Shown here piece by piece: positions 23,333-33,750 of a DNA stretch of 64,000 nucleotides. The DNA is from an uncultured Mycolicibacter sp. (GTDB taxonomy: Bacteria > Actinomycetota > Actinomycetes > Mycobacteriales > Mycobacteriaceae). The translations under genes and the position numbers were made by a program. Location of the stretch: assembly GCA_964292075.1 (NCBI GenBank), contig CAXYUC010000002.1:7469-71468 (forward strand), given 5' to 3'. Each line of letters starts with the position of its first letter. Position 1 is the first letter of the stretch. Under the pieces are notes generated by a model. The model did not search any database. It worked only from the letters and a program-made list of their open reading frames with translations, and had not been told where the DNA came from.

Positions 23333-24661
23333 CTAGCGGCGGCGGATGATCGCTCGCAACCGCGCCAGCCGCCCGGCTATCTCACGCTCAGCACCCCGAC
23401 CGGTGGGCTGGTAATAGTCCACACCCACCAGATCGTCGGGTGGATATTGTTGCGGCACAACACCGTCCGGATGATCGTGGGCGTACCGGTAACCCACCGC
23501 ATTGCCCAGTGACTGCGCTCCCGCGTAGTGCCCGTCGCGCAGGTGCGCCGGAACCGCCCCGGCCTTGCCGGCCCGGATGTCGGCCATCGCCGCGCCCAGC
23601 GCGCTGGTCACCGCATTGGACTTCGGGGCAGTTGCCAGGTGCACGGTGGCGTGCGCCAAGGTCAGTTGCGCCTCGGGCATGCCGATCAGCGCGACGGTCT
23701 GGGCGGCGGCCACCGCTGTCTGCAGCGCGGTCGGATCACCCATCCCGATGTCCTCGCTGGCCAGAATCATCAGCCGGCGGGCGATGAACCGCGGGTCCTC
23801 CCCCGCGACCAGCATGCGGGCCAGGTAATGCAGCGCGGCGTCGACGTCGGAGCCCCGCACCGACTTGATGAACGCACTGATGACGTCATAGTGCTGATCG
23901 CCGTCGCGGTCGTAGCGCACCGCGGCCTGATCCAGGGATCCCTCGACGATCTCGACGGTCACCCGCTGGCCCGCCTCGGCCGCGACTTCCAGTGCCGTCA
24001 AGGCCCGGCGGGCGTCGCCGGCGGCGAGCCGAACCAGCAGATCGACGGCGTCGGGCGCCACCTCGATCCGGCCGCCCAGGCCGCGTTCGTCGTCGATGGC
24101 GCGGCGCACCACCGTGGCGATGTCGTCGGGTCCCAGCGGCCGCAGCTGCAGGATCAGCGATCGGCTCAGCAGCGGGGCGACCACCGAGAACGACGGGTTC
24201 TCCGTGGTGGCGGCCACCAGCAGCACCACCCGGTTCTCCACCGCGGCCAGCAGCGCGTCCTGCTGGGTCTTGGAGAACCGATGCACCTCATCGATGAACA
24301 GCACGGTCTGTTCGCCGTAGGCGGCCGCGCGGCGGGCGGTGTCGATCACCGCGCGGACCTCTTTGACCCCGGCACTCAGCGCCGACAGCGCCTCGAAGCG
24401 CCGGCCAGTAGCGCCGGAGATCAGCGAGGCCAACGTGGTCTTTCCGGTGCCGGGCGGACCGTAGAGGATGACCGAGGCCGCCCCGGAGCCGTCGACCAGC
24501 CGCCGCAGCGGCGAGCCCGGCCCCAGCAGGTGGTCCTGGCCGACCACCTCATCGAGGGATGCCGGCCGCATCCGCACCGCCAGCGGAGTGGAGGTGCTGC
24601 TGGGTTCAGGCGCCGGTGCGCCGGTCAGGTCGAACAGTCCGTCGGACACGCCTTCAGGCAT
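23333..24661 (-). CDS. rarA: Replication-associated recombination protein A (AAA+ ATPase)
   Basis: [41 protein letters not shown]. Confidence 0.94.
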   Translation of the reverse strand: MPEGVSDGLFDLTGAPAPEPSSTSTPLAVRMRPASLDEVVGQDHLLGPGSPLRRLVDGSGAASVILYGPPGTGKTTLASLISGATGRRFEALSALSAGVKEVRAVIDTARRAAAYGEQTVLFIDEVHRFSKTQQDALLAAVENRVVLLVAATTENPSFSVVAPLLSRSLILQLRPLGPDDIATVVRRAIDDERGLGGRIEVAPDAVDLLVRLAAGDARRALTALEVAAEAGQRVTVEIVEGSLDQAAVRYDRDGDQHYDVISAFIKSVRGSDVDAALHYLARMLVAGEDPRFIARRLMILASEDIGMGDPTALQTAVAAAQTVALIGMPEAQLTLAHATVHLATAPKSNAVTSALGAAMADIRAGKAGAVPAHLRDGHYAGAQSLGNAVGYRYAHDHPDGVVPQQYPPDDLVGVDYYQPTGRGAEREIAGRLARLRAIIRRR

Positions 24662-24687
24662 ACCATTCCCGTCTGACCGCCGTGGCG

Positions 24688-25797
24688 TCAGCGGTGCACG
24701 ATCACCCCGCGGATGTTCTTGCCGTCACGCAGATCCTGGTAGCCCTCGTTGACTTGCTCCAGGGTGTAGCGGCGGGTGACCAGCTCGTCGAGTTTGAGCT
24801 GGCCGGCGTCGTAGAGGCGCAGCAGTCGCACGATGTCGTACTGCGGGTTCGCCCCGCCGAACAACGTGCCTTTGATGGTCTTGCCGAACAGGGCCAACAT
24901 GGTGCCCGACACCTGCACGTCGAGGTCCTCCAGGCGGGCCATCGCCGCGACGACGACGGTGCCGCCCTTGCCGACCGTGTTGATCGCCGCGGTCGTGACG
25001 GCCAACCCCAGGTCGCCGACGGTGATCAGCGCCTGGTCGGCCATCTGCCCCCAGGTGAGCTCGGCGATCTTCTCCATCGCCTCCTCGGCGGTGGCGAACG
25101 CGTGGGTGGCACCGAGTTTCAAGGCAGTCTCGCGTTTGAACGCCACCGGGTCGACGGCCACCACATACTTGGCGCCGGCGTGCGCGGCCCCTTGCACGGC
25201 GTTGATACCGACCCCGCCGATGCCGTAGACCACCACGGTGTCCCCGGCGCGCACCCCACCGTCGTAGTTGGCCGTCGCCCAGCCGGTGGGCACCCCGCAG
25301 CCAGCCAGCACCGCGGTCTCCAACGGCAGCCACTCATCGACCTTGACCACCGAATGCTGCGAGACCGTCGCCCGCTCCGCGAAGGTGCCCAGCATGCAGA
25401 ACCCGCCGTAGTCCGTTCCGCCCGAGTGGAATCGGAACGTGCCGTCGGGCATACAACCTTCCAGGATGGTGGCACCCATATCGCACAGGTTCTGCCGTCC
25501 GGTCGAGCAGTACCGGCAGCTGCCACAGCTGGGAATGAAGCAGCACACCACGTGATCGCCGGGCTTGACCTTGGTGACTCCGGGACCGACGTCCTCGATG
25601 ATCCCGGAGCCCTCGTGCCCGCCGACGATCGGGAACCGGTTCGGCCAGTCCCCGTCGGCCACGTGCAGATCCGAATGACACAGCCCGGCGGCGGTGAACT
25701 TGATCAGCACCTCGCCCGGGCCGGGCCCGTCGAGATCGAGCTCCATGATCTCGAAGGGCTGGTTGGGTGCATGTGCCACGGCGGCAATTGTTTTCAT
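24688..25797 (-). CDS. Zinc-dependent NDMA-type alcohol dehydrogenase (Rxyl_3153-like family)
   Basis: GLCHSD, GGHEGSG, CGSCRYC...[38 protein letters not shown]; start ATG 25797. Confidence 0.88.
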   Translation of the reverse strand: MKTIAAVAHAPNQPFEIMELDLDGPGPGEVLIKFTAAGLCHSDLHVADGDWPNRFPIVGGHEGSGIIEDVGPGVTKVKPGDHVVCCFIPSCGSCRYCSTGRQNLCDMGATILEGCMPDGTFRFHSGGTDYGGFCMLGTFAERATVSQHSVVKVDEWLPLETAVLAGCGVPTGWATANYDGGVRAGDTVVVYGIGGVGINAVQGAAHAGAKYVVAVDPVAFKRETALKLGATHAFATAEEAMEKIAELTWGQMADQALITVGDLGLAVTTAAINTVGKGGTVVVAAMARLEDLDVQVSGTMLALFGKTIKGTLFGGANPQYDIVRLLRLYDAGQLKLDELVTRRYTLEQVNEGYQDLRDGKNIRGVIVHR

Positions 25798-25838
25798 GGC
25801 TGACATCCAACCGGCTCGGAGGGCTGCGGTGGCCCGAT

Positions 25839-26678
25839 TCAGGGTGATTGCGTCACGAAATCGATCAGTTCCTCGACCCGGCCGATCAGCTCGGGCTCCA
25901 GGTCGGTCCAGTCCCGCACCCGGCCCCGGATGCGCTGCCAGGCGCCGGCGATGTCGGCCTGTGAAGCGTGCGGCCAGCCCAGCGCGGCGCAGATCCCGTG
26001 CTTCCACTCCACGTTGCGCGGAATCTTGGGCCACGCCCGCAGTCCGAGCCGCCCCGGCTTCACCGCCTGCCAGATGTCGACGTAGGGGTGCCCGACGATC
26101 AGGGTGTGCGCACCGCCCGAGCCACGGCGGACCGCCTCGGCGATGCGGGTCTCCTTGGAGCCGTCGACCAGGTGGTCGACCAGCACACCGAGTCGGCGGC
26201 CCGGCCCGGGCTGGAATTCGGCGACGATGCCGGCCAGGTCATCGATGCCGCCGAGGTATTCCACCACCACACCTTCGATGCGCAGGTCGTCACCCCAGAC
26301 CTGCTCGACAAGTTCGGCGTCGTGGCGGCCCTCCACATAGATCCGGCTGGCCAGCGCGACCTTGGCGCGTGCGCCGCGGACCGCCACCGAACCCGATGCC
26401 GTCCGGTCGGGCGCCACGGGTGCGGTCGGGCGGGGCTCGGTCAGAATCACCGGCTTGCCGTCGATCAGGTAGCCGGGACCGACGGGAAATCCGCGAGTGC
26501 GGCCGTGCCGGTCCTCGAGGTCCATCCGACCGTAGGCGATCCGCACGACGGCCCCGACGTAGCCACTTTCGGCGTCTTCGACCACCATGCCGCGCTGCAC
26601 CGGGACCTCCACCGAGCGGACCCTGCGGGCGGCGTGCGGATTGTCGGCGAGGATGTCGGTTCCATAGCGGTCGGCCAC
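25839..26678 (-). CDS. DUF3097 family protein (TOPRIM-like)
   Basis: ASRIYVEGRHDAELVEQVWGDDLRIEGVVVE, LVDHLV; GTG start 26678. Confidence 0.85.
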   Translation of the reverse strand: MADRYGTDILADNPHAARRVRSVEVPVQRGMVVEDAESGYVGAVVRIAYGRMDLEDRHGRTRGFPVGPGYLIDGKPVILTEPRPTAPVAPDRTASGSVAVRGARAKVALASRIYVEGRHDAELVEQVWGDDLRIEGVVVEYLGGIDDLAGIVAEFQPGPGRRLGVLVDHLVDGSKETRIAEAVRRGSGGAHTLIVGHPYVDIWQAVKPGRLGLRAWPKIPRNVEWKHGICAALGWPHASQADIAGAWQRIRGRVRDWTDLEPELIGRVEELIDFVTQSP

Positions 26679-26789
26679 CCGAGGCAGCCTAGGCGCGCCC
26701 GGCCATGCTGCCGGGGAACCCGACGCGCGATTCCAGCGATTTTTCTCGGCTGGACCAACTCTGCCGCACCCGCGTTCCACAACTACCCA

Positions 26790-27035
26790 GCCACCACTCT
26801 GGCCACAACTGTCACTTCAGCAACATCAGTCACTCAAAATTCTCTTAATTTATAAGAGATCTCTCGCAACATACGTAACAATCACAACTTAGTTAAGTGA
26901 AACAACTTTTGTTTACTTTTGTCTCAATCAATAACAAAAGACCCATTTGTATCTTTAGCTGACCAAAATGTGCAATTTCATCATTAGTCGCGTTATGCTC
27001 TGAAACCTCACTGATAGACAGCTATCACGGAGGTT
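26790..27035 (+). promoter_or_regulatory. AT-rich regulatory region upstream of rpf
   Basis: Hand count 59 G+C in 180 nt (26821-27000, ~33%); several short inverted repeats; GGAGG SD before ATG 27041. Confidence 0.65.
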
Positions 27036-27040
27036 GTGAT

Positions 27041-27469
27041 ATGTACCGGAACACGGCACGGCGTGTCGTGCAGTTTGGACGGCGCCAGCTCACGTGGGCC
27101 ACGTCCGGGCTGATCACCGGGGGGATTGTGGGCACGCTGCTGTCTTCGGCGGGGGTGGCCCACGCGGACAACATGGCACTGGGCTGGGACGCGGTCGCCC
27201 AATGCGAATCCGGCGGCAACTGGGCCGCCGACACCGGCAATGGTTTCTACGGCGGTCTGCAGTTCAAACCATCGACCTGGCGTGCATTCGGCGGAGTGGG
27301 GTCACCGGCGCAGGCATCTCGGGAGGAACAGATCGCCGTCGCCACGCGGGTCCTCGACGAGCAAGGCCCGTATGCCTGGCCGAAATGCGGCCCAGGTCGG
27401 GTATTCCCGTCGTCGGTGAAAGGCTGGGTGCCGCCGGCGATGCGCCAGCTGCTCAAACCGTTCTGGTGA
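27041..27469 (+). CDS. Resuscitation-promoting factor (short Rpf/transglycosylase)
   Basis: [19 protein letters not shown](S)[16 protein letters not shown]; signal peptide ending AHA. Confidence 0.93.
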   Translation: MYRNTARRVVQFGRRQLTWATSGLITGGIVGTLLSSAGVAHADNMALGWDAVAQCESGGNWAADTGNGFYGGLQFKPSTWRAFGGVGSPAQASREEQIAVATRVLDEQGPYAWPKCGPGRVFPSSVKGWVPPAMRQLLKPFW

Positions 27470-27475
27470 GTCCCG

Positions 27476-27883
27476 CTACTTCGGCGACAGCACCGCCTGG
27501 GTTTGGGTGACCCGAGCGACCAGCTTGTCACGCTCGTCGGTCAGGTCGGTCTGCACGACGATGGTCGTACGTCCGACGTGCAGCGGCACACTGGTCGCCG
27601 TCACGCTGCCTTCCCGCACCGCGCGGAAGAAATTGGTCTTCGACTCGATGGTCGACGTGCTGGCGCCCTGGGGCAGGTTGACCACCGCGCACACCGCGCC
27701 GGCGGTGTCGGCGAACGCCATCAGCGCTCCCCCATGCAGCATGCCGCCGGTGGTGCAGCGCTCGGGCGCCCATGCCATGGTCGCGCGCACCTCTTGCGGC
27801 GACAGTTCAGCGATCTCGATCTGCAACGCAGCCGCGAACGGCATGTTGGCGATAACCAGTCGGGCGAATTCAGCGGAGTCCAT
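27476..27883 (-). CDS. PaaI family hotdog thioesterase
   Basis: LHGGALMAFADTAG, STIESKTNFFRAV; ATG 27883. Confidence 0.9.
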   Translation of the reverse strand: MDSAEFARLVIANMPFAAALQIEIAELSPQEVRATMAWAPERCTTGGMLHGGALMAFADTAGAVCAVVNLPQGASTSTIESKTNFFRAVREGSVTATSVPLHVGRTTIVVQTDLTDERDKLVARVTQTQAVLSPK

Positions 27884-27898
27884 CGCACCATCTTCGCC

Positions 27899-27958
27899 GC
27901 GAGCAGACGCAGAATCGCGCGAAATCAGCCGGATTTGTGCGAGTTTGTGTCTGCTCGC
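27899..27958. repeat. Palindromic intergenic element, copy 2 (overlaps aspS 3' end)
   Basis: GCGAGCAGACGCAGAATCGC ... GCGAGTTTGTGTCTGCTCGC, imperfect inverted repeat sharing the core of copy 1. Confidence 0.7.
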
Positions 27959-29718
27959 TGGGGCACCGCGTCGATACCGGCTTCTTTGCGCTGCGCCGCG
28001 GTGATCGGTGCCGGGGCGTCGGTCAGCGGATCGATGCCGCCACCGGACTTCGGGAACGCGATGACCTCGCGGATGGAGTCGACGCCGGCCAGCAACGCCA
28101 CCACCCGGTCCCAGCCGAACGCCAGCCCGCCGTGCGGCGGTGCACCGAAACTGAACGCGTCCAACAGGAATCCGAACTTCTCGTTCGCCGATGCCTCGTC
28201 GATCCCCATGACCTTGAAGACCTGCTGCTGGATATCGCGGCGGTGGATACGGATCGAGCCGCCGCCGATCTCGTTGCCGTTGCACACCACGTCGTAGGCG
28301 TCGGCAAGCACCGAGCCCGGGTCGGTCTCCACGCTGCCGGCGTGCTCCGGCTTGGGCGAGGTGAAGGCGTGGTGTACCGCGGTCCAGGCACCCGAGCCGA
28401 CGGCCACATCGCCGGCGGCGGTGGCGTCGTCGGCGGGCTCGAACAGCGGCGGGTCAACCACCCAGGTGAACGCCCAGGCGTTCGGGTCGATCAGGTCCAG
28501 ACGCCGGGCGATCTCACCACGAGCCGCCCCCAACAGCGCCCGGGATCCCTTGGCCGGCCCGGCCGCAAAGAAGATGCAGTCCCCCGGCGCGGCGCCGACG
28601 TGGCCGGCCAGCCCGGCGCGTTCGGCGTCGGTGAGGTTCTTGGCGACCGGTCCGGCCAGCTCGCCGTCCTCGCCGACCAGCACGTACGCCAGGCCCTTGG
28701 CGCCGCGCTGCTTGGCCCACTCCTGCCAGCCGTCCAGCGTGCGCCGCGGCTGCGAAGCCCCGCCCGGCATGACGACTGCGCCCACGTAGGGAGCCTGGAA
28801 GACCCGGAAGGTGGTGTCGGAGAAGAACTCCGTGCACTCCACCAGCTCGCACCCGAACCGCAGGTCGGGCTTGTCCGAACCGAACCGGCGCATCGCGTCG
28901 GCGTAGGTCATCCGGGGCAGCGGCAGCGGCAGGTCGTAGCCGATCAGGGCCCACAGCGCCTTGAGCACCTGTTCGGCGATGCCGATCACGTCCTCGGCGT
29001 CGACGAAGCTCATCTCCAGGTCCAGCTGGGTGAACTCCGGCTGGCGGTCGGCGCGGAAGTCCTCGTCGCGGTAGCAACGGGCGATCTGGTAATAGCGCTC
29101 CATGCCGGCCACCATCAGCAGCTGCTTGAACAGCTGCGGGCTCTGCGGCAGCGCGTAGAACGAACCGGGCTGCAGCCGTGCCGGAACCAGGAAGTCGCGG
29201 GCGCCCTCCGGGGTCGAGCGGGTCAGCGTGGGCGTTTCGATCTCGACGAATTTTTGCTCGGCCAGCACCGAACGGGCTGCGGCGTTGGCCTGCGAACGAA
29301 GTCGCAGCGCGGCGCCGGGCCCGTCTTCGCGACGCAGGTCCAGGTAGCGGTGCTTGAGCCGAGCTTCCTCGCCGGCGGATTCGTCGAGCTGAAACGGCAA
29401 AGCCGCAGATTCGTTGAGAACCGTCAGCCTCGTAGCGTTGATCTCGATGGCCCCGGTGGGCAGATCGGGATTCTCATTGCCCTCCGGGCGAACCTCGATG
29501 ACACCGGTGACTGCCACGCAGAACTCGGCCCGCAGACGGTGCGCCTGCTCCAGGACAGTGGCGTCACGGAACACCACCTGCGCCACCCCGGAAGCGTCAC
29601 GCAGGTCAATGAAGATGACCCCGCCGTGATCACGTCGGCGCGCCACCCAACCGGCAAGCGTGACGCTGCGCCCGGCGTCGATGGCCCGTAGTGAGCCGGC
29701 GTCGTGGCTGCGCAGCAC
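27925..29718 (-). CDS. aspS: Aspartate--tRNA ligase
   Basis: [53 protein letters not shown]; GTG start 29718. Confidence 0.97.
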   Translation of the reverse strand: MLRSHDAGSLRAIDAGRSVTLAGWVARRRDHGGVIFIDLRDASGVAQVVFRDATVLEQAHRLRAEFCVAVTGVIEVRPEGNENPDLPTGAIEINATRLTVLNESAALPFQLDESAGEEARLKHRYLDLRREDGPGAALRLRSQANAAARSVLAEQKFVEIETPTLTRSTPEGARDFLVPARLQPGSFYALPQSPQLFKQLLMVAGMERYYQIARCYRDEDFRADRQPEFTQLDLEMSFVDAEDVIGIAEQVLKALWALIGYDLPLPLPRMTYADAMRRFGSDKPDLRFGCELVECTEFFSDTTFRVFQAPYVGAVVMPGGASQPRRTLDGWQEWAKQRGAKGLAYVLVGEDGELAGPVAKNLTDAERAGLAGHVGAAPGDCIFFAAGPAKGSRALLGAARGEIARRLDLIDPNAWAFTWVVDPPLFEPADDATAAGDVAVGSGAWTAVHHAFTSPKPEHAGSVETDPGSVLADAYDVVCNGNEIGGGSIRIHRRDIQQQVFKVMGIDEASANEKFGFLLDAFSFGAPPHGGLAFGWDRVVALLAGVDSIREVIAFPKSGGGIDPLTDAPAPITAAQRKEAGIDAVPQRADTNSHKSG

Positions 29719-29826
29719 AAATACCCCCTTGGTGACAGATGGTTCGGTAACGGTTTGACGGTCGCCAAGTCTAGAGCCCTCTCGTGACACTGCTCCGCGC
29801 CGGTCGGTGCTTTAAGCTGGCTCACT

Positions 29827-30930
29827 GTGACTAACGGCACCGACGATCTCGACTTTGACTATGACGACGAGGACGAAGACGAGGACGAGGACTACGACGA
29901 AGTCGCTGCCCCGAAACAGAACAAGAGCCTCAAATGGGGATTGGCCGCGGTAGTCGTGCTGGCCGTGGTCGCGCTGGTGTTGGTCGCGGTAGTGCTGCTA
30001 GGCGGCGACCCCGGCAAAAGTTCGCTGGCCGGCTCGGCCTCCAGCCGCAGCGCGGCGGCCTCGGGTATCGCCAGCGCCGACGACACCGACCCAGTCTCAA
30101 TCATCATCAATGACCCCAGCTGTACCGCATGGATATCGATCAGCAGCAACCTGTCCAGCACGCTGTCGATGCTGGGACAGGGCAAGTGGAATGAGCGCGA
30201 CCAGTCGATTCCGGCTTCGGCGTGGAATGACGAGCAGAAGAAGCAGTACCTGGCCGCCGGCCAGGTGGTGCGCAATGCTGCCGCCCAGACCGTCGGTTTG
30301 GTGAAGCTGACCCCGCACCGGGTGATGCGCGAACTCTACGAGCAGTTCATCGCTTACGCCCGGACCTTCGTCGAGCACATTCCCACCTACACCGAGCGGG
30401 ACGCTCCGCTGGCCGGCACCGCACACAGCGCCGCCTCGGCGCTGGCCGCGATCTGTGCCGCAGCGAACAACGGATCGGCAGCGACCCGCGCGCCGATGAT
30501 CGAGGCGCAGTCCGCCCCCACCAAGACCGCCTCACCCGGCAACCCGGCCAACCCGCAGCGCTATCTGACCGGGTCTAATCCGGTGTGCGCGGATTGGAAG
30601 GCCACGCTGGACAAGTTCGGTGTCGATGCCGCCGAATGGCACGGCATCGATCCCAGCATCCCTGGGACGTATTGGAACCCGCAGCAGAAGGCAGTGAACC
30701 TGGCAGTTGGCCCGATCATGATCAGCCTGGCCAACAAGATGCAGCAGCTGGGCCGCCGCAGCAACAACCCCACCCTGCAGGACTTCGCGGAGCTGTCCGC
30801 CCAGTACCGGCGGGCGTTTGTGTTGGCACTGCCGACCTATGACCCGACCGACAACTATCTGGCCAATGCCGCGACGTTCCTGTCCACCACGGTGCTAGGT
30901 GCATGCTCGTCGGCAGCCATCACAGGCTGA
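29827..30930 (+). CDS. Membrane-anchored hypothetical protein with internally duplicated extracellular domain
   Basis: Acidic N-terminus, one TM, two related halves (DPSCTAW...DQSIPASAWNDEQK / NPVCADW...DPSIPGTYWNPQQK). Confidence 0.8.
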   Translation: MTNGTDDLDFDYDDEDEDEDEDYDEVAAPKQNKSLKWGLAAVVVLAVVALVLVAVVLLGGDPGKSSLAGSASSRSAAASGIASADDTDPVSIIINDPSCTAWISISSNLSSTLSMLGQGKWNERDQSIPASAWNDEQKKQYLAAGQVVRNAAAQTVGLVKLTPHRVMRELYEQFIAYARTFVEHIPTYTERDAPLAGTAHSAASALAAICAAANNGSAATRAPMIEAQSAPTKTASPGNPANPQRYLTGSNPVCADWKATLDKFGVDAAEWHGIDPSIPGTYWNPQQKAVNLAVGPIMISLANKMQQLGRRSNNPTLQDFAELSAQYRRAFVLALPTYDPTDNYLANAATFLSTTVLGACSSAAITG

Positions 30931-30977
30931 CCACAGCACGCTGGACAAGCTGGGGCGGCATCCTCTCCCCCGGAACG

Positions 30978-31017
30978 CAAGAGACCGGCGCAGCCTGCGG
31001 GCTGCGCCGGTCTCTTG
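30978..31017. terminator. Perfect 18-bp hairpin between convergent genes
   Basis: CAAGAGACCGGCGCAGCC-TGCG-GGCTGCGCCGGTCTCTTG. Confidence 0.8.
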
Positions 31018-31034
31018 ATCGAGATTGGCTTGGG

Positions 31035-31319
31035 TCAGGCCCAGCTGGAGCCGACGGACGCGTCGGTGTTGGCCATGTTGTTGCCGGCCGACTGCACCTT
31101 CTGACCGTGACTGTTGGCCTGCTCGTAGATCACCGCGAAGTTGCGACCCAACTGCGCCACAAACTCCTGGCACGCCACCGAACCCGCGCCACCCCAGAAA
31201 TCCCCAGCAGCCAACACATCGTGCACGATCGCCTGGTGCTCAGACTCCAACGACGCAGCCTGGGCACGAATCAACGCACCGTGCGCATCCACATCACCGA
31301 ACTGGTAATTAATCGACAT
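31035..31319 (-). CDS. ESAT-6-like WXG100 protein, EsxN/Mtb9.9 subfamily
   Basis: MSINYQFGDVDAHGALIRAQA, FWGGAGS, SVGSSWA. Confidence 0.96.
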   Translation of the reverse strand: MSINYQFGDVDAHGALIRAQAASLESEHQAIVHDVLAAGDFWGGAGSVACQEFVAQLGRNFAVIYEQANSHGQKVQSAGNNMANTDASVGSSWA

Positions 31320-31333
31320 CTGCGGTTCTCCTC

Positions 31334-31630
31334 CTAGCTCGACAGGATCTGCTGAGAAGCAGCTTCCTGCTGCTCGTAGTGGTTCGCGTCACGAATCAGA
31401 CCATCCCGCACCCCATGCAACATGTTCACAATGTTGCGAAACGCGGTCTGCATCTGACCCATGGTGTCCATCGACGTCCGCTCCGCCAGACCACCCCAAC
31501 CCGCACCGGAAATGTTCGTCGACGACGCCCACATCCGACGAGCCTCGTCCTCCACCGTCTGCGCATGCACATCAAAACGGCCCGCCATCGAACGCATCGC
31601 GTCCGGATCAGTCATAAAACGTGTTGCCAT
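31334..31630 (-). CDS. CFP-10-like WXG100 protein, EsxM/QILSS subfamily
   Basis: [20 protein letters not shown] secretion motif, QILSS C-terminus; ATG 31630. Confidence 0.96.
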   Translation of the reverse strand: MATRFMTDPDAMRSMAGRFDVHAQTVEDEARRMWASSTNISGAGWGGLAERTSMDTMGQMQTAFRNIVNMLHGVRDGLIRDANHYEQQEAASQQILSS

Positions 31631-31712
31631 GATTTTCTCCCTCGTGCTCTTCAATTCGTTGTGGTAGCCGGGCGCCGGCCCGGCGGACACGTGTGTGTTC
31701 AGGCCCCTTCCG

Positions 31713-32939
31713 CTACCCGCCGGCCGGCGAACGGGGCATAACTTTGGGGGCCTTGGCGGCCACCGCGCCCATTCCACGTCCGGCCATCGCGCCCATCATG
31801 GCGTGGTCGAACGGACCACCGGGCAGCCCGGAGGCCGCCGACATGGTCTGGATCGGGGCGCTGACCGTGGTGGCAGGCAGTACCGGGGCGGCGCGGACCA
31901 TACCGTCGGCGGCCGACGCCCAAGCTCCCGGCACCTTCAGCGCGCCCATCGAAGCGGCTTGGCCGAGCTTGGCGGAGATCGCGTTGGTGGCCGAGCTGAA
32001 GTGGCCGGCCAGCACGCCGACCGCACCTTGCAGCTTGTCGTTGACGAAGTCGCCGATCTGGGTCATCAGCGTGCCGGCGCCGCTCGCGCCGGCGGTCTGC
32101 CCGGCCAGCGCTCCCGCCGTCCCGCCCATCGCGCCCATCCGGGCGAGCTGCGGCAGCATCATCAGGAAACGCACCCCCATCATGCCGACGGAGGAAGCCC
32201 CGGTCACCGGCGAGAGCGCTGCGCTCAGCTGGGACATCGGAGTGGCGAGCAAGGTGTCCATACTGGCTGGTAACACGCTCGTGTCCAACCCAAGAGAGGT
32301 GAGATACCCGCCGACCGTGGTGAAGTTGTAGCCGGGGTTGGGGGTGACACCGGTGCCGGGTAACGGGCCCCCGCCGGTGGCGTCGGCCGATCCCGGTGTG
32401 GGGGTCTGCGCGGCGTTTGCGGTCTGCGGCGGGTTCGACACCTGCTGCAACGCGTTGTTGTTGGCCTCCGCAGACCCGCTGTAGGTGTCCATGGCGGCGC
32501 CGTCGGTCGCCCACATCGTTTCGTACTGGGCCTCGGTCGCAGCGATCGCCGTGGAGTTCTGTCCGAAGAAGTTGGTGGAGACCAGTGCTAGCAGCATCGC
32601 GCGGTTGGCCGCGATCACCGGGGGCGGCACCGATGCGGCCCGCGCCGCCTCGAACAGGGCGGCCGCCTGGGTGGCCAGCGCAGCGTTGTTGGCGGCGGTG
32701 GCCGAGGCCTGCTCCAGCCAGGCCACATACGGCGCGGTCGAGGCCGTGGCGGCAGCCGAGCCGGCCCCCGTCCAGGTCGAGTCCAGGTTCGCGATCACCG
32801 AGTGCGTCGCTGTCGCCGACGTCATCAACTCGCTCGACAGCTGAGTCCAGGCTGCCGCGGCTTCCAGAAGTGGACCGGAACCGGGGCCGGTATAGATAAG
32901 CCCGGAGTTGATCTCGGGCGGAAAGATACTGAAACTCAT
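31713..32939 (-). CDS. PPE family protein (SVP-like C-terminus)
   Basis: [26 protein letters not shown]-terminal GALKVPGAW. Confidence 0.93.
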   Translation of the reverse strand: MSFSIFPPEINSGLIYTGPGSGPLLEAAAAWTQLSSELMTSATATHSVIANLDSTWTGAGSAAATASTAPYVAWLEQASATAANNAALATQAAALFEAARAASVPPPVIAANRAMLLALVSTNFFGQNSTAIAATEAQYETMWATDGAAMDTYSGSAEANNNALQQVSNPPQTANAAQTPTPGSADATGGGPLPGTGVTPNPGYNFTTVGGYLTSLGLDTSVLPASMDTLLATPMSQLSAALSPVTGASSVGMMGVRFLMMLPQLARMGAMGGTAGALAGQTAGASGAGTLMTQIGDFVNDKLQGAVGVLAGHFSSATNAISAKLGQAASMGALKVPGAWASAADGMVRAAPVLPATTVSAPIQTMSAASGLPGGPFDHAMMGAMAGRGMGAVAAKAPKVMPRSPAGG

Positions 32940-32953
32940 CTATGCGCCCCGGT

Positions 32954-33253
32954 TCAGCCAGCAGTCGCGGCGTTGACAGCCTCGGTGTAAGCGTAGGCGC
33001 TCGCGTTGCTCCCCAAGGTGGCCACGATCTGCTGGTGCACCGCCGCGGCCTGCGCACTGACTTCCTGGAACAGGGACCCGTGGGCCGAGAACTGGGCAGC
33101 AGTCAGCGCCGACACCAGGTCGGCGGCGGGCGCGGCTACACCCGTGGTGGGAGCAGCAGCGGCGGTGACCCCCGCGGTCATCGAGTCGCCGATTCCGGAA
33201 AGGCTTCCGGCGGCCGCTGTCAGAATCTCTGGCTGAGCGGTTACGAACGACAT
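32954..33253 (-). CDS. PE family protein (PE domain only)
   Basis: MSFVTAQPE, APAADLVS, YAYTE (YxxxE) secretion motif; ATG 33253. Confidence 0.94.
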   Translation of the reverse strand: MSFVTAQPEILTAAAGSLSGIGDSMTAGVTAAAAPTTGVAAPAADLVSALTAAQFSAHGSLFQEVSAQAAAVHQQIVATLGSNASAYAYTEAVNAATAG

Positions 33254-33311
33254 TGTTCCTCCTGGGGGGTCGTGCAAGCGTCTCGGGGAAGTGTTGGGTA
33301 TACGAAGTCTG

Positions 33312-33326
33312 CGTCAATACTTGACG
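33312..33326. promoter_or_regulatory. Candidate operator ~60 bp upstream of PE
   Basis: CGTCAA-TAC-TTGACG inverted repeat. Confidence 0.35.
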
Positions 33327-33750
33327 TAGGTCACTCTAGCGGACAGTTGTAATAACGGTCTGATAAAGCTGGGGCGGTCGGGGCGAACGACAACTTGTGG
33401 CCGGCGCACCACGGGGCGCTGGAAGCACGAGTTGAAACGTTCACCGAGCCGACGGCCTCTCTTGACTCTGGGGGCAGGTAGCTGCAGCGGCCGTCGCTGG
33501 AGGCATCCCATTGCGGCCGGATGCAGAACGTAACACCGACGCGAACTCGTGGTACAGCGCCGGGACAAACATTCAGTAAAGCTTTGGGATCTGGTCAGAC
33601 AAAGCTGTCTTCACTTAGCCAAGACGTGGGATTCGACGCGTTCAACCGCACTAAACCGGGCTTGGAGGCCGGTGCCGATATGCGAAGCTAAGGTGCCCCA
33701 ATCGGTCGGCGGGCCACTATCAAACTACGGACAACTCCACGGAGCGTGCG

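Noticed and set aside
26700-27040. c-di-AMP (ydaO) riboswitch ahead of rpf
   Set aside because: Known for rpfA, but the conserved GC-rich ydaO segments are not visible; the region is simply AT-rich
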